This document shows positions 1 through 10,172 of a stretch of DNA of 64,000 nucleotides, piece by piece. The notes beneath the pieces are model-generated. The model made no database searches. It worked only from the letters and a program-made list of their open reading frames with translations, and had not been told where the DNA came from. Origin of the DNA: an uncultured Candidatus Saccharibacteria bacterium (GTDB lineage Bacteria > Patescibacteriota > Minisyncoccia > Phycocordibacterales > UBA9973); contig CAYNHU010000006.1 in NCBI GenBank assembly GCA_964397435.1, forward strand, positions 344-64,343, read 5' to 3'. The number at the start of each line of letters is the position of its first letter. Positions within the stretch are counted from its first letter, which is position 1. The translations under genes and the position numbers were made by a program.

Positions 1-1722
1 AAGTTTGGTAATGGTGGTAATTCAAGTTCTAACGTTGGCTGTCCTCAGCACGCGGGTTGGAACGTGAATCCAGCAAACACTGCTTCTGGTTGTGATGTGC
101 AGCACATTGGTTTGTCAGGTACACCGATTGCTTCATATCAGATTGTTGGATGGGCTCGTGCATGTACTGCAGCAGCAAACCCAACAACTTGTACTGGTGA
201 TACAAACAATTTAGCTGGTGGTTGGGATGGTTGGATTTCAATGAGTGGTTTAAATGATCAGAATCCAACTGCTGCAGGTCTTCAAACAACAACAAGTTAC
301 AAGGCACAGCTTGCCCAGTACGTAAACCCGAACGGACATCAGCCAATCTCTGGATTTGTCTGGGGTGGAGATGTCGTTGGTTGGGCAAAGTTTTTTAATG
401 CATACGTTGATACAACAATTCAGCAAACAAATACTGCACACCTTACACTCACTGCAAACCCAACTTCTGTAACTGGCTCTGGTACTACAGCTCTTACTTA
501 TACAATTCCTGCTGCTGAAAAAGCATACTTTACTGGTCAGCCATGTACTGCGACATCAAGCCCTGCTGTTGGTTCTCCATGGGATGGTTCACGAACAAAC
601 TTCTCTGCATCATCAACTTCATTCTCAATTACAATTCCAAGTGTTTCTGTTCCTAGTAACCCAACTGTGTACACTATTAGTTGTCCAGTTAGTATCCAAG
701 GTTCAAACCAGACTGTTGCAACTGCATCAGTAACTGTTTCAAAAGATGCTCCGACTGTAACACTTACTATTCCAAATCATGATCTCTGTGTTGCGGGCTC
801 AATGAACGGTCTACAATCAACAACTGCATCATGGGTTGCATCAACTGGTTCATACTGTAAGTTGTTCCGTGATAATACTGCGGTTGGTGGACAGCTTCCA
901 CTCATTGGCTCATCAACTGTCGGTGCATTCAGTAGTCCAACATCAACAAACTATGTAACACCAGTTAGTAACGGTGATCAGCATGAATATGTAGTTCGAT
1001 GTTATGACGCTGGCAACACACTGGTTGCTGAAAGTAACAAAGAATATGTTGGTGTCGCTCCAGCAACATGGAATGGTCCAACCGCAAACGGCACACTTAA
1101 TTGTACTCAGCCAGATTGGGGAATCACTATGGCGAGTGGCGGTAGTCAGGTCATCTGTCAGGGTAATACACCAGTAAGTCTCACATGGGCTTCATGGGGT
1201 GTGGTGCCACAACAGTACACATACGCTAAACTGAAGCGAGCAACTTCACAAAACGGTACATACGGAACAGTGATTGGTTCATACGGTCTCGGAGATACAG
1301 AACCTTCAATCAGTTCAGCTGGTTGGTACAAAGTGTTCTACTATGATGTGAACGGTAACGAAGCTCCTATCACAAGTGCTGCAATGTACATCTCAAGTGT
1401 TTCAGGTACCACATGTCCTCAATTCTCTGGTCTCTCAAGTGCTGGTCCATACTGTCCAGCGGGATCAGTAAACACAGCCGCTATCTTGCCTAAGACATAT
1501 TCATGGTCTTCAGATGCAGCTAGTTGTACCTTAAATGGTGCAAGTGCTGGTGCTAATGGGTCATTTACACTTTCAAGTGTCCCAGCATCTCGTACACTTA
1601 GTTGTACATGGGCTGATGGTACTTCTGCGACAAGTAGTGCTTCATATGGTCCAATGCTCACAGCAACATCTACCTTCTGTGCAACTCCTCCAGGTGGACG
1701 ACCTGTGATTATCGAAAACTAA
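1..1722 (+). CDS. Large Thr/Ser/Cys-rich secreted or surface protein, 5' end outside window
   Basis: Frame open from base 1. WDGWIS...GFVWGGDVVGW motif and Ig-like Thr-rich repeats with paired Cys, typical of Parcubacteria surface proteins. Confidence 0.75.
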   Translation, partial: KFGNGGNSSSNVGCPQHAGWNVNPANTASGCDVQHIGLSGTPIASYQIVGWARACTAAANPTTCTGDTNNLAGGWDGWISMSGLNDQNPTAAGLQTTTSYKAQLAQYVNPNGHQPISGFVWGGDVVGWAKFFNAYVDTTIQQTNTAHLTLTANPTSVTGSGTTALTYTIPAAEKAYFTGQPCTATSSPAVGSPWDGSRTNFSASSTSFSITIPSVSVPSNPTVYTISCPVSIQGSNQTVATASVTVSKDAPTVTLTIPNHDLCVAGSMNGLQSTTASWVASTGSYCKLFRDNTAVGGQLPLIGSSTVGAFSSPTSTNYVTPVSNGDQHEYVVRCYDAGNTLVAESNKEYVGVAPATWNGPTANGTLNCTQPDWGITMASGGSQVICQGNTPVSLTWASWGVVPQQYTYAKLKRATSQNGTYGTVIGSYGLGDTEPSISSAGWYKVFYYDVNGNEAPITSAAMYISSVSGTTCPQFSGLSSAGPYCPAGSVNTAAILPKTYSWSSDAASCTLNGASAGANGSFTLSSVPASRTLSCTWADGTSATSSASYGPMLTATSTFCATPPGGRPVIIEN

Positions 1723-1731
1723 GGATTTAGA

Positions 1732-1770
1732 AAAAACTGCCCCGAGGCCAAAGGCCTCGGGGCAGTTTTT
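1732..1770. terminator. Bidirectional intrinsic terminator
   Basis: AAAAACTGCCCCGAGGCC-AAA-GGCCTCGGGGCAGTTTTT. Confidence 0.85.
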
Positions 1771-1790
1771 AAGTATGCTACAATAGATAT

Positions 1791-2549
1791 ATGCAACAAA
1801 AAGTACTACTTATTGGTAACTGGAAAATGAATCCAGCAACAGAAAAAGAAGCAATTACACTTGCTCGCTATTACAAAGCACTGACGTATCCTAAAACAAT
1901 CGATGTTGGTTGTGCTGTACCGGTTCCGTATGTTGCCTCTGTTAAAAAAGTACTTGGTAAAAGTAAAATTACACTCGGACTTCAGAATGTGCATCCAGAA
2001 AAAAGCGGAGCATTTACGGGTGAGTATTCACTTGGTATGGTTGCTCACTTGAAACCAGCGTTTATTATTGTTGGACACTCGGAACGTCGCGCGCTTGGTG
2101 AAACAAATGCATTTGTTGGACAAAAAGTGGCCGCAACACTCAAGCAAAAACTCACACCAATCATGTGTATTGGCGAACGCGAGCGTGATCCAGAACATAG
2201 ATTCCTTCGTGTCGTCGCTGATCAGATTACTGAAGGTTTGGAAAATGTTCCACGCGCAGCGCTTGCTCGAATAGTAATTGCGTACGAACCGGTCTGGGCT
2301 ATTGGCAAAGACGCAGCACGCGAGATGACTCCTGAAGAATGCCGAGAGATGATTATTTACATCAAAAAAATTATCACCGATCGTTTTAGTATCACTGCAA
2401 AAGATATGCCGAAAATTCTCTACGGTGGTTCAGTGAGTGATGAAAATGCCCGCGCATATATTGAAGCCGGCGCAGATGGTCTCCTTATCGGACGAACTTC
2501 ACTTGAACCAAAACGAATGCAAAAATTAATTACTAAACTTACGCACTAA
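1791..2549 (+). CDS. tpiA: Triosephosphate isomerase
   Basis: GNWKMN, GHSERR and AYEPVWAIG motifs. Confidence 0.97.
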   Translation: MQQKVLLIGNWKMNPATEKEAITLARYYKALTYPKTIDVGCAVPVPYVASVKKVLGKSKITLGLQNVHPEKSGAFTGEYSLGMVAHLKPAFIIVGHSERRALGETNAFVGQKVAATLKQKLTPIMCIGERERDPEHRFLRVVADQITEGLENVPRAALARIVIAYEPVWAIGKDAAREMTPEECREMIIYIKKIITDRFSITAKDMPKILYGGSVSDENARAYIEAGADGLLIGRTSLEPKRMQKLITKLTH

Positions 2550-2555
2550 TTTGAT

Positions 2556-3665
2556 ATGAAACTTCTCACTAAAGCCCCAATTAAAAAAGGTACTCGTGTA
2601 TTGTTACGCGCAGATTTTAATGTACCGATTGAAAACAACGTCGTACTCGATGCATTTCGTATTACAAAAACATACAAAACGATTGACTACATTCTCAAGA
2701 AGAAAGCGAAACTCATCATTGTTTCTCATGCGGGAGAGGGAACACAATCACTTGAACCTGTTGCAAAAATTATTGCAAAGCATGCGCCGATTACATTTGT
2801 TCCGGCACTCTCTGGTGCGATGATAGACCAAGCATTGCTTAATCAAAAAGAAGGTTCAATTGTGTTGTTAGAAAATCTCCGCACTGAAGCAGGGGAAAAG
2901 AGCAACGATATAGGGTTTGCAAAAATGCTTGCGGCGTACGCTGATATATATGTAAATGACGCATTTCCCGTCTCACATCGCGCGCACGCATCTCTGGTTG
3001 GTGTGCCAAAATATCTACCAAGTTACAGTGGCTTTCAGTTGGAAGCAGAAATTGATCATCTCTCAATCGCTGAAAACCCCAAACATCCGTTCTTGTTTAT
3101 CCTCGGTGGAAACAAGTTTTCTACAAAAATGCCGCTTATCAAAAAGTTTGCAAAGTCAGCCGATTATATCTTCATTGGTGGCGCGCTCCTCAATGATTTG
3201 CTTCGAGCAAAAGGATATGAAATTGGAAAGTCTGTCTACGAAGATGGCTATGATGTCACTGCACTTTTGAAAAACAAAAAAATAATTGTGCCGATTGATT
3301 TGGTTGTTGCTCGCGGAAAAACATCTCGTGTCTGTGCACCGTATGAAGTGGCAAGTGATGAAGCAATCATGGATATTGGTCCAGAAACTATCAAGTATCT
3401 CGTGTCTCTTGCGAAGATTGCAAAATGTACGCTTTGGAATGGTCCGATTGGCTATTATGAAAAAGGATTTGATGCTGGTTCAAAAATGTTACTGAAAGGT
3501 TTGGCGGCGTCAAAAGGCGCAACTATTATCGGTGGTGGTGACACAGTTGAGTTGGTTAATAATTTGAAAATGGAAAAAAAGTTTACGTTTGTTTCAACTG
3601 GTGGTGGTGCGACGTTACAATATCTTGCAACGGGAACATTACCGGGAATCAAAGCGTTACGATAA
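2556..3665 (+). CDS. pgk: Phosphoglycerate kinase
   Basis: RADFNVP, LENLR, NDAF..SHR, WNGP, STGGGA motifs. Confidence 0.97.
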   Translation: MKLLTKAPIKKGTRVLLRADFNVPIENNVVLDAFRITKTYKTIDYILKKKAKLIIVSHAGEGTQSLEPVAKIIAKHAPITFVPALSGAMIDQALLNQKEGSIVLLENLRTEAGEKSNDIGFAKMLAAYADIYVNDAFPVSHRAHASLVGVPKYLPSYSGFQLEAEIDHLSIAENPKHPFLFILGGNKFSTKMPLIKKFAKSADYIFIGGALLNDLLRAKGYEIGKSVYEDGYDVTALLKNKKIIVPIDLVVARGKTSRVCAPYEVASDEAIMDIGPETIKYLVSLAKIAKCTLWNGPIGYYEKGFDAGSKMLLKGLAASKGATIIGGGDTVELVNNLKMEKKFTFVSTGGGATLQYLATGTLPGIKALR

Positions 3666-3702
3666 AAATCAGCCGAGCAGAGGATACTGCTCGGCTGATT
3701 TT
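3665..3702. terminator. Bidirectional terminator between pgk and the HIT gene
   Basis: AAAATCAGCCGAGCAG-loop-CTGCTCGGCTGATTTT. Confidence 0.85.
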
Positions 3703-3711
3703 GTTTTTAAA

Positions 3712-4083
3712 TTATTCTACTGAGAGAGCGTCTCGGATTTTTTCTGTGATGAGTTCGAAGTCTTTTTCATCACGTTCATGAGGTAGGTCTGGCCACACCC
3801 AAATGTGTGCATGGAATATTTGTTCACCAAAAACTTGAGAGCGAATGAGATCGTGGCGGAAGACTTTTTGTTGTGCTTTTGCGATACGTCGTGCTACTTC
3901 AAAGTACGCACCAACGTTAGGGACATCCCAGACAAAGCGATAGTGCTCCTTTGGAATAACCTGTACATGACCGGCAGCAAGAGGGTGAATATCTAGAAAT
4001 GCTATGAAATGGGTATCTTCATAGACAATATATGCGGGTACCTCTCGGCGGACTATTCTGCAAAAAATACATTCATCATTCAT
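3712..4083 (-). CDS. HIT family nucleotide hydrolase
   Basis: CIFCRI, FLDIHP, HAHIW (variant histidine triad). Confidence 0.9.
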   Translation of the reverse strand: MNDECIFCRIVRREVPAYIVYEDTHFIAFLDIHPLAAGHVQVIPKEHYRFVWDVPNVGAYFEVARRIAKAQQKVFRHDLIRSQVFGEQIFHAHIWVWPDLPHERDEKDFELITEKIRDALSVE

Positions 4084-4111
4084 ATGCTAAGTATATGGTA
4101 GAATGCTCTCT

Positions 4112-5761
4112 ATGCAAAGTACTGATCTTCTTAAACGACTTCTTGACCGAAGGGGTATTCCTCCGGATGAGCGACAGGCCTTTTTATATCCTTCCTACGA
4201 TGAACACCTCCATAACCCATTTCTAATGAATGGCATGCAGGAATCTGTTGATCGTATTCTACGAGCTATTGAAAACAATGAATCAATTGTGGTGTATTCC
4301 GACTATGACGCTGATGGTATTCCGGGTGGCGTGATCCTCCATGATTTTTTCAAGAAAATTGGTTACCAACATTTTACAAACTACATACCACACCGCCACG
4401 AAGAGGGATATGGCCTCCATATGGATGCAGTAGAACAATTTGTGGCTGATGGAGTACGACTTATCATTACTATCGACCTCGGTATTACTGCTGTCAAAGA
4501 AGTTGCTTATGCGCAAGAACATGGTGTTGATGTCATTGTGACTGATCACCACTTGCCGCAAGCTGAACTTCCAAACGCGTATGCAATTTTGAATCCTAAA
4601 AAACCAGGAGACACGTATCCGTTCAAAGAATTATGCGGTGCAGGTGTAGCGTTTAAATTAGTTCAAGCACTGGTTTCAAAAACACCATCACTTGCTGGTA
4701 CTGGCTGGGAGAAGTGGTTACTTGATATGGCTGGATTGGCAACAATGTCAGACATGGTTCCGCTTGTTGATGAAAACAGGGTGCTCGCTTTCTATGGATT
4801 GAAAGTATTACAGAAAACTCGTCGCCCAGGATTGCGACAGCTTTTCAAAAAAATGAAACTCGATCTCGAGCATCTTACTGAAGACGATATTACGTTTATG
4901 CTCACACCACGCCTGAATGCGGCTTCACGTATGGATTCACCGCAGCATGCATTTGACGTATTAGCGGAAGAAGATCCTGTTCGCGCGAGTGCGACAGCTG
5001 ATCATTTGATTAAAATTAATGATCTTCGAAAAACAACAGTTGCGACTATCATGAAAGATGTGCACAAGAAACTTGAGAAACGTGAAGATCGTAATGTTAT
5101 CGTGATTGGTCATCCAGACTGGCGTGTCGGTGTGCTTGGATTGGTTGCTTCAAAAATTACTGAAACATATGGCAAGCCAAGTTTTGTGTGGGGTAAAGCT
5201 GGTGCCGAAGAACTCGGTTTGATCAAAGGTTCATGTCGTTCACCTGGTTCTGTAAACGTTGTTGATTTAATGACAGAAGCTCGGGATGCGTTTCATTCAT
5301 TTGGAGGCCATGAGCTTGCTGGTGGATTTGTTGTTACTAATGATCAGGTACACTTTTTGGAAGAAGCACTCGATACTGCATTTGCAGCTGTAAAACGTGA
5401 ACATGATGTGGCTACAGCACGTGTGCACGACCAGCTTTTACTTCTTCAGGATGTCGTTCGTAAAACGTATGACACAGTGGCGTCACTTGCGCCGTTTGGT
5501 TTGAGTAATGAGAAACCAGTTTTCTTGTTTCAAGAAGTAATTGTCTATGGAGTGAAACATTTTGGTAAAGAAAAAGAACATCTTGAAGTCATTGTTTCGG
5601 ACGGGGAGCGACGAGTAAAGGCAATAGCATTTTTCAAGACCAGTGCCGATTTTCCGGTTATCCTTGAGGAAGGTAAACCAATCAATCTCTATGGAACCCT
5701 TGAAATGTCATACTTTTTGGGTCGCTCGGAGCTTCGTTTACGAATTATTGATATACTGTAG
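4112..5761 (+). CDS. recJ: ssDNA 5'-3' exonuclease RecJ
   Basis: DYDADG, TDHH, GGH motifs. Start placed at ATG 4112, 7 nt after TAGAAT. Confidence 0.95.
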   Translation: MQSTDLLKRLLDRRGIPPDERQAFLYPSYDEHLHNPFLMNGMQESVDRILRAIENNESIVVYSDYDADGIPGGVILHDFFKKIGYQHFTNYIPHRHEEGYGLHMDAVEQFVADGVRLIITIDLGITAVKEVAYAQEHGVDVIVTDHHLPQAELPNAYAILNPKKPGDTYPFKELCGAGVAFKLVQALVSKTPSLAGTGWEKWLLDMAGLATMSDMVPLVDENRVLAFYGLKVLQKTRRPGLRQLFKKMKLDLEHLTEDDITFMLTPRLNAASRMDSPQHAFDVLAEEDPVRASATADHLIKINDLRKTTVATIMKDVHKKLEKREDRNVIVIGHPDWRVGVLGLVASKITETYGKPSFVWGKAGAEELGLIKGSCRSPGSVNVVDLMTEARDAFHSFGGHELAGGFVVTNDQVHFLEEALDTAFAAVKREHDVATARVHDQLLLLQDVVRKTYDTVASLAPFGLSNEKPVFLFQEVIVYGVKHFGKEKEHLEVIVSDGERRVKAIAFFKTSADFPVILEEGKPINLYGTLEMSYFLGRSELRLRIIDIL

Positions 5762-5766
5762 TGTAT

Positions 5767-6501
5767 ATGAACGAATTAGTTACAGTTTTTACTGATGGTG
5801 CGTCTCGAGGGAATCCTGGTCCTGGTGGATGGGGTGCTATTGTTATTGCTCAGCCTGAGTTTGGTGCTCCCGGTAAAGTATTTGAGCTTGGTGGACGAGA
5901 AGATCATACAACAAACAATCGCATGGAAATGACTGCTGCTCTGTCTGCGCTTGAGTCAATCAAAGAACGTGAACTTGCTGGCGTAATTACGATCCACACT
6001 GATTCTGCATATTTGTTGAATGGTATCACTGCATGGGTGTTTGGTTGGGAAAAAAATAATTGGAAAACAAAAGAAGGTGAACCGGTACTCAATCAAGATT
6101 TGTGGCAGGCACTCGTGCAGATTGTTCGAGTACTTAAATTAAAGCACGAGATTAACTGGAAAAAAGTTGATGGACACCGTGGCCTCGTTGGTAATGAGCG
6201 CGTTGATGCGATTGCGACACACTATGCAGATAAAGAATCAATCTTGTTGTTTACTGGTGCGCTTGATGCATACAAAGCGTTGATTGGGGGAGATGTATTT
6301 GCGCAAGGTGAAGTGCATGTTAAAAAACGTAGTTCATCAGCAAAAGCATATTCATATGTTTCGTTCGTAGATGGTGTGATTGCAACTGATGCGACATGGG
6401 CGGCATGTGAAAAGCGAGTTAAAGGTAAAAAGGGAGCGCGTTTCAAAAAAGCAGTAAGTCAGGAAGACGAAGCGGCGATCATCAAAGAGTTTAAGAAATA
6501 A
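5767..6501 (+). CDS. rnhA: Ribonuclease HI with C-terminal hybrid-binding (viroplasmin-like) domain
   Basis: TDGASRGNPGPGG, TNNRME, TDS, GH.G..GNERVD; C-terminal TWAACEKRVKG..GARFKK. Confidence 0.93.
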   Translation: MNELVTVFTDGASRGNPGPGGWGAIVIAQPEFGAPGKVFELGGREDHTTNNRMEMTAALSALESIKERELAGVITIHTDSAYLLNGITAWVFGWEKNNWKTKEGEPVLNQDLWQALVQIVRVLKLKHEINWKKVDGHRGLVGNERVDAIATHYADKESILLFTGALDAYKALIGGDVFAQGEVHVKKRSSSAKAYSYVSFVDGVIATDATWAACEKRVKGKKGARFKKAVSQEDEAAIIKEFKK

Positions 6502-6539
6502 TTTAGATTTTATTTAATCCGGTCGGGCATGATTGCATC

Positions 6540-7997
6540 ATGCCCGACCGGATTTTAATTGTAGCTACGCTTGGATTTTTGTCAGGAGTTGTCTTTGCCT
6601 ACGCCAGTGGTGTTGGTGCTTTGTTTGCGTTGCCGTTACTCGTTGGAATTGTGTGGTTTTCACGATTACATGTTATTTCTTTCACTCTACGGCAAGCATG
6701 CGTGAGTGTTGCGATTTTTCTAGTGTGTTTTTCTGGTGGTGCGATTCGTTTTATTATTTCAAATGACGAGCCGCCCGATAGTTTTGAATCGCGTGTCGGG
6801 GAGAGTATGACGGTTAGTGGAGTGGTTACTAATGATCCAGATCAGGGCGACGGCGTAGCCGTCGCCCTGATCTACACTTCCGGTATTGGTATTCGTATTA
6901 AAATCCAACATGCACCATCACTTAGGTACGGGGACACTATAATTGTGCAAGGTACATTGGCACATCCAGAAAATTTTGAGACAGAACAAGGTACTGAATT
7001 CGATTATATTTCATATTTGAGAAAAGACCGCATTTTTTATCTCTTACAAAACGTACGATTACTTGAATACACTCATGAAACTAACGTTTCACTCCACCGC
7101 ATATTGTACTCGTTCCGACACATGGTCGAACGCATTATTTTTGCCATTGTTCCTGAACAAGCAGCGGGACTCATTGCTGGTATTTTACTTGGAACTAAAA
7201 CAAACATTCCCGAAGATTTGTATGAAGCACTCGTGCGAACAAGTACGGTACATATTGTCGCACTTTCTGGGTACAACGTTTCGATTGTTGCAGAGACTAT
7301 TACGAATTTTTTCAAAACATTTTTACGACCAGCGTATGCTTCGGTATTTGGTGGTTTGGGGATTGTGTTATTTGTGATTATGACCGGCGCGTCTTCAACA
7401 GCTGTACGCGCCGGTCTGATGGCTATTTTAGTTATCATCGCTCGTTCACTTGGAAGACCAGCACAAGCACTTCGCGTGATGGCAATTGCTGCAAATGTGC
7501 TAGTACTCTACAACCCGTGGTATCTTGTTGCGGATGCTTCGTTTCAGTTGTCGTTTCTCGCAACGCTGGGGCTTGTGCTTGTTTCACCGATATATGTTTC
7601 ACGTCTTTCAAACTATATGCCACCGTTGTTTGCGGAAGCACTTGGCACAACACTTGCTGCAGAGACTGCAGTTGCACCATTTATTTTGTATAACATGGGT
7701 GTGTTTTCTGTTGTTGCGTTGCCGGTAAACATTCTCATTATTCCGCTTGTACCCATGATTATGTTGAGTGGTTTCATTGGTATTCTGATTGGAGCATTTT
7801 CCGCATCGCTTGGAATCATTGTTGGATATCCAGCGGCACTACTCACGTCATTGCTCGTTTGGATTATAGAAAACGCTTCTTCTTTTTCCTTTGCGTCAGT
7901 ATTGTTACCCAATGTTTCACTTGTGCTTACGATGATTTGTTACACGATGATCACGTGGTATTCCGTTTCATATTTTTTGACAAAACAGGATAATTAG
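6540..7997 (+). CDS. comEC: ComEC/Rec2 competence protein (OB plus membrane competence domain)
   Basis: HIVALSGYN, SAVRA, ASFQLSFLA; multiple TM segments. Confidence 0.93.
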   Translation: MPDRILIVATLGFLSGVVFAYASGVGALFALPLLVGIVWFSRLHVISFTLRQACVSVAIFLVCFSGGAIRFIISNDEPPDSFESRVGESMTVSGVVTNDPDQGDGVAVALIYTSGIGIRIKIQHAPSLRYGDTIIVQGTLAHPENFETEQGTEFDYISYLRKDRIFYLLQNVRLLEYTHETNVSLHRILYSFRHMVERIIFAIVPEQAAGLIAGILLGTKTNIPEDLYEALVRTSTVHIVALSGYNVSIVAETITNFFKTFLRPAYASVFGGLGIVLFVIMTGASSTAVRAGLMAILVIIARSLGRPAQALRVMAIAANVLVLYNPWYLVADASFQLSFLATLGLVLVSPIYVSRLSNYMPPLFAEALGTTLAAETAVAPFILYNMGVFSVVALPVNILIIPLVPMIMLSGFIGILIGAFSASLGIIVGYPAALLTSLLVWIIENASSFSFASVLLPNVSLVLTMICYTMITWYSVSYFLTKQDN

Positions 7998-8027
7998 TGC
8001 ACTATCAAATACAAATAGTACATCACC

Positions 8028-8570
8028 ATGAAGAAAAAAATTATTTGCTTTACCAATAGCGTACCGTTTGCGCATGGTTTAAAACGTCTCGCAGAGCTAC
8101 GACTCGCTGAACAAAAAATACAAACACACACAGCATTGTTTTTTATTGCAGACCCTACGTTGTTTTTTGAAGAGTTGCAAGCAACAGAAGTTACTACACA
8201 ACTTATTGTATTTGTTGGTTCTACATCGCCCAGTAGTGGAATCTCTGATAAGGATTTTGTTGTAAAGATTCATCAGGAAAAACCAGATGCACTTATTGTA
8301 TGGTATTCGATGATAGATCCACCCGCTACAGACAAAGTTACTTTTTTTATAAGCAAGCAAGCTCCGCTGAGTACCGATGAATTAAATACCATGGTGCAGC
8401 TTCAAAAAAGTGATTCTCGCTATCAACCAATTGAGTGGGAAGTATTGCAACAAATTCCGTTTGTAGATTTATTGTTAAATTTACTTCCGTTGCAGGACAT
8501 TAATCATATTCGTAAAGAAATTGGTACGTACTCGCACCGCACATTGTCGTTTATGACAGAAAAAATCTAA
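8028..8570 (+). CDS. Hypothetical protein, possibly a degenerate receiver-like fold
   Basis: 180 aa ORF with a weak receiver-like beta/alpha pattern. Confidence 0.6.
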   Translation: MKKKIICFTNSVPFAHGLKRLAELRLAEQKIQTHTALFFIADPTLFFEELQATEVTTQLIVFVGSTSPSSGISDKDFVVKIHQEKPDALIVWYSMIDPPATDKVTFFISKQAPLSTDELNTMVQLQKSDSRYQPIEWEVLQQIPFVDLLLNLLPLQDINHIRKEIGTYSHRTLSFMTEKI

Positions 8571-8592
8571 TACGGCTTAACAAATAGTAGTT

Positions 8593-8629
8593 AAAGCGCC
8601 GATACACTCTGTGTACCGGCGCCTTTTTT
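8593..8629. terminator. Terminator between convergent genes
   Basis: GCGCCGATACAC-TCT-GTGTACCGGCGC-TTTTT. Confidence 0.75.
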
Positions 8630-9224
8630 ATCCGCGTGCTTGTTTGAAATTTTCTTCGATTACATTCCAATTAAGATTTTGGAAAAATGCTTCAACATAT
8701 TTTTTCTTTTCCCCTGGTGTGTAATCCATAAGGTATGAATGTTCCCACATGTCGAGCATTAATACTGGACGAATACCTGTAAGCTGTCCGAGGTGTTGCT
8801 CGTCAACCCAACTGTGTGTGAGCTGTTGCGCTACTGGATCCCATGCGAGGATTGCCCAACCAATACCGCGTGTTAGTGCGAGTGCTTTGAAACCAGCAAG
8901 CCACATATCAAACGAAGGGGCTTGCGCCTCAATTGTTTTTTTAAGTTCAGAAGATTCTCCAAGCGCTGCCGGTCCGCCTTCAAATGCGTGAAAATAATAT
9001 TCATGATTACGCATGCCACAAAATTCAAATGCAAAGCGTCGCTGAAGTTCTCCGATAACGTATGCATTTTTTTCTGAGTCAGCCATGTATTCGCCAATTT
9101 TTTCTAAAATGAGATTGGCATTTTTAACATATCCTTCATAGAGTTTGACATGCTCTTCGATTGTTTTTTGTGAAATCCCGTTTAGGGCAGGGATGGTGAA
9201 TGTGTGTGGTGTGTACGGTTTCAT
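8628..9224 (-). CDS. sod: Fe/Mn superoxide dismutase
   Basis: EEHVKLYEGY, NHEYYF and DMWEHSY metal-ligand motifs. Start revised to MKPYTPH. Confidence 0.92.
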   Translation of the reverse strand: MKPYTPHTFTIPALNGISQKTIEEHVKLYEGYVKNANLILEKIGEYMADSEKNAYVIGELQRRFAFEFCGMRNHEYYFHAFEGGPAALGESSELKKTIEAQAPSFDMWLAGFKALALTRGIGWAILAWDPVAQQLTHSWVDEQHLGQLTGIRPVLMLDMWEHSYLMDYTPGEKKKYVEAFFQNLNWNVIEENFKQARG

Positions 9225-9269
9225 AGTTTTTTTATATTTTATTAAATATACTTCTAGTATACTCATTGT

Positions 9270-10142
9270 ATGGCAAAAATGCGAATGTTCGCACGATATA
9301 GCTTTATAACTCTTATGGTGATTACCGTTTCCCTCTGGGTGCGGGTTTTTGATACAACTACATCTTCGGATCACTTAAAAGTCGCTTTTCTGTCTATTGG
9401 TCAGGGTGATGCCATATATATTGAAGCTCCTAATGGACGGCAAATGATTATTGATGGAGGACCCAAGGGTTCGCTCGTCAAAGAGCTCAAAAAACAGCTC
9501 CCAGAGGGTGATACTTCGATTGATGTTATTGTTGTGACAAATCCAGATGCCGATCATTACGCCGGATTCCTTGAATTACTTGATACATATTCGGTCGGTG
9601 CTTTTATTGAACCAGGAGTTAGCTCAAAAACTGCAACATACCAGACATTCAAAAAACGCATACAGGAAAAGGGTATACGAACAGTTACGGCTCGAAAAGA
9701 CGTTGTTGTAACTCTCGATCAGGACCGAAACATTAGTTTCCGGGTGCTTTTCCCTGATAGACCCGTACAATCCATGTCGAGTAATGATGCTTCAACTATG
9801 GGCACTTTGGATTATGGAACCAGTCGCATTTTGTTTACAGGTGATGCGACTACAACAACCGAGCAGTTTTTGATTCGAGGCAACAAACCGGAGTTACTCC
9901 AGAGTTCACTACTAAAAGTTGGACACCACGGCTCTCGGACCTCAACGAGTGATGCACTACTTGCTGCTGTTGGTCCAGAATATGCCGTTATTTCTGCCGG
10001 CAAGAGCAACAAATACGGTCATCCACACCAAGAAATAGTAAATAAACTCAAAAAAGCGGGTATTCAGGTGCTTGTTACAAAGGATATAGGGACAATTGTG
10101 TTTGAAAGTGATGGTGTTGATTGGACGTTGGTCGCAAAATAA
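9270..10142 (+). CDS. ComEC-type metallo-beta-lactamase fold protein
   Basis: IGQGDA, IDGG, TNPDADH, FTGD, LKVGHHGS, YGHP; N-terminal TM anchor. Confidence 0.9.
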   Translation: MAKMRMFARYSFITLMVITVSLWVRVFDTTTSSDHLKVAFLSIGQGDAIYIEAPNGRQMIIDGGPKGSLVKELKKQLPEGDTSIDVIVVTNPDADHYAGFLELLDTYSVGAFIEPGVSSKTATYQTFKKRIQEKGIRTVTARKDVVVTLDQDRNISFRVLFPDRPVQSMSSNDASTMGTLDYGTSRILFTGDATTTTEQFLIRGNKPELLQSSLLKVGHHGSRTSTSDALLAAVGPEYAVISAGKSNKYGHPHQEIVNKLKKAGIQVLVTKDIGTIVFESDGVDWTLVAK

Positions 10143-10172
10143 AAACGCGGCGCCGAAGGCGCCGCGTTTTTT
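10141..10172. terminator. Bidirectional terminator
   Basis: AAAAACGCGGCGCC-GAA-GGCGCCGCGTTTTT. Confidence 0.85.
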
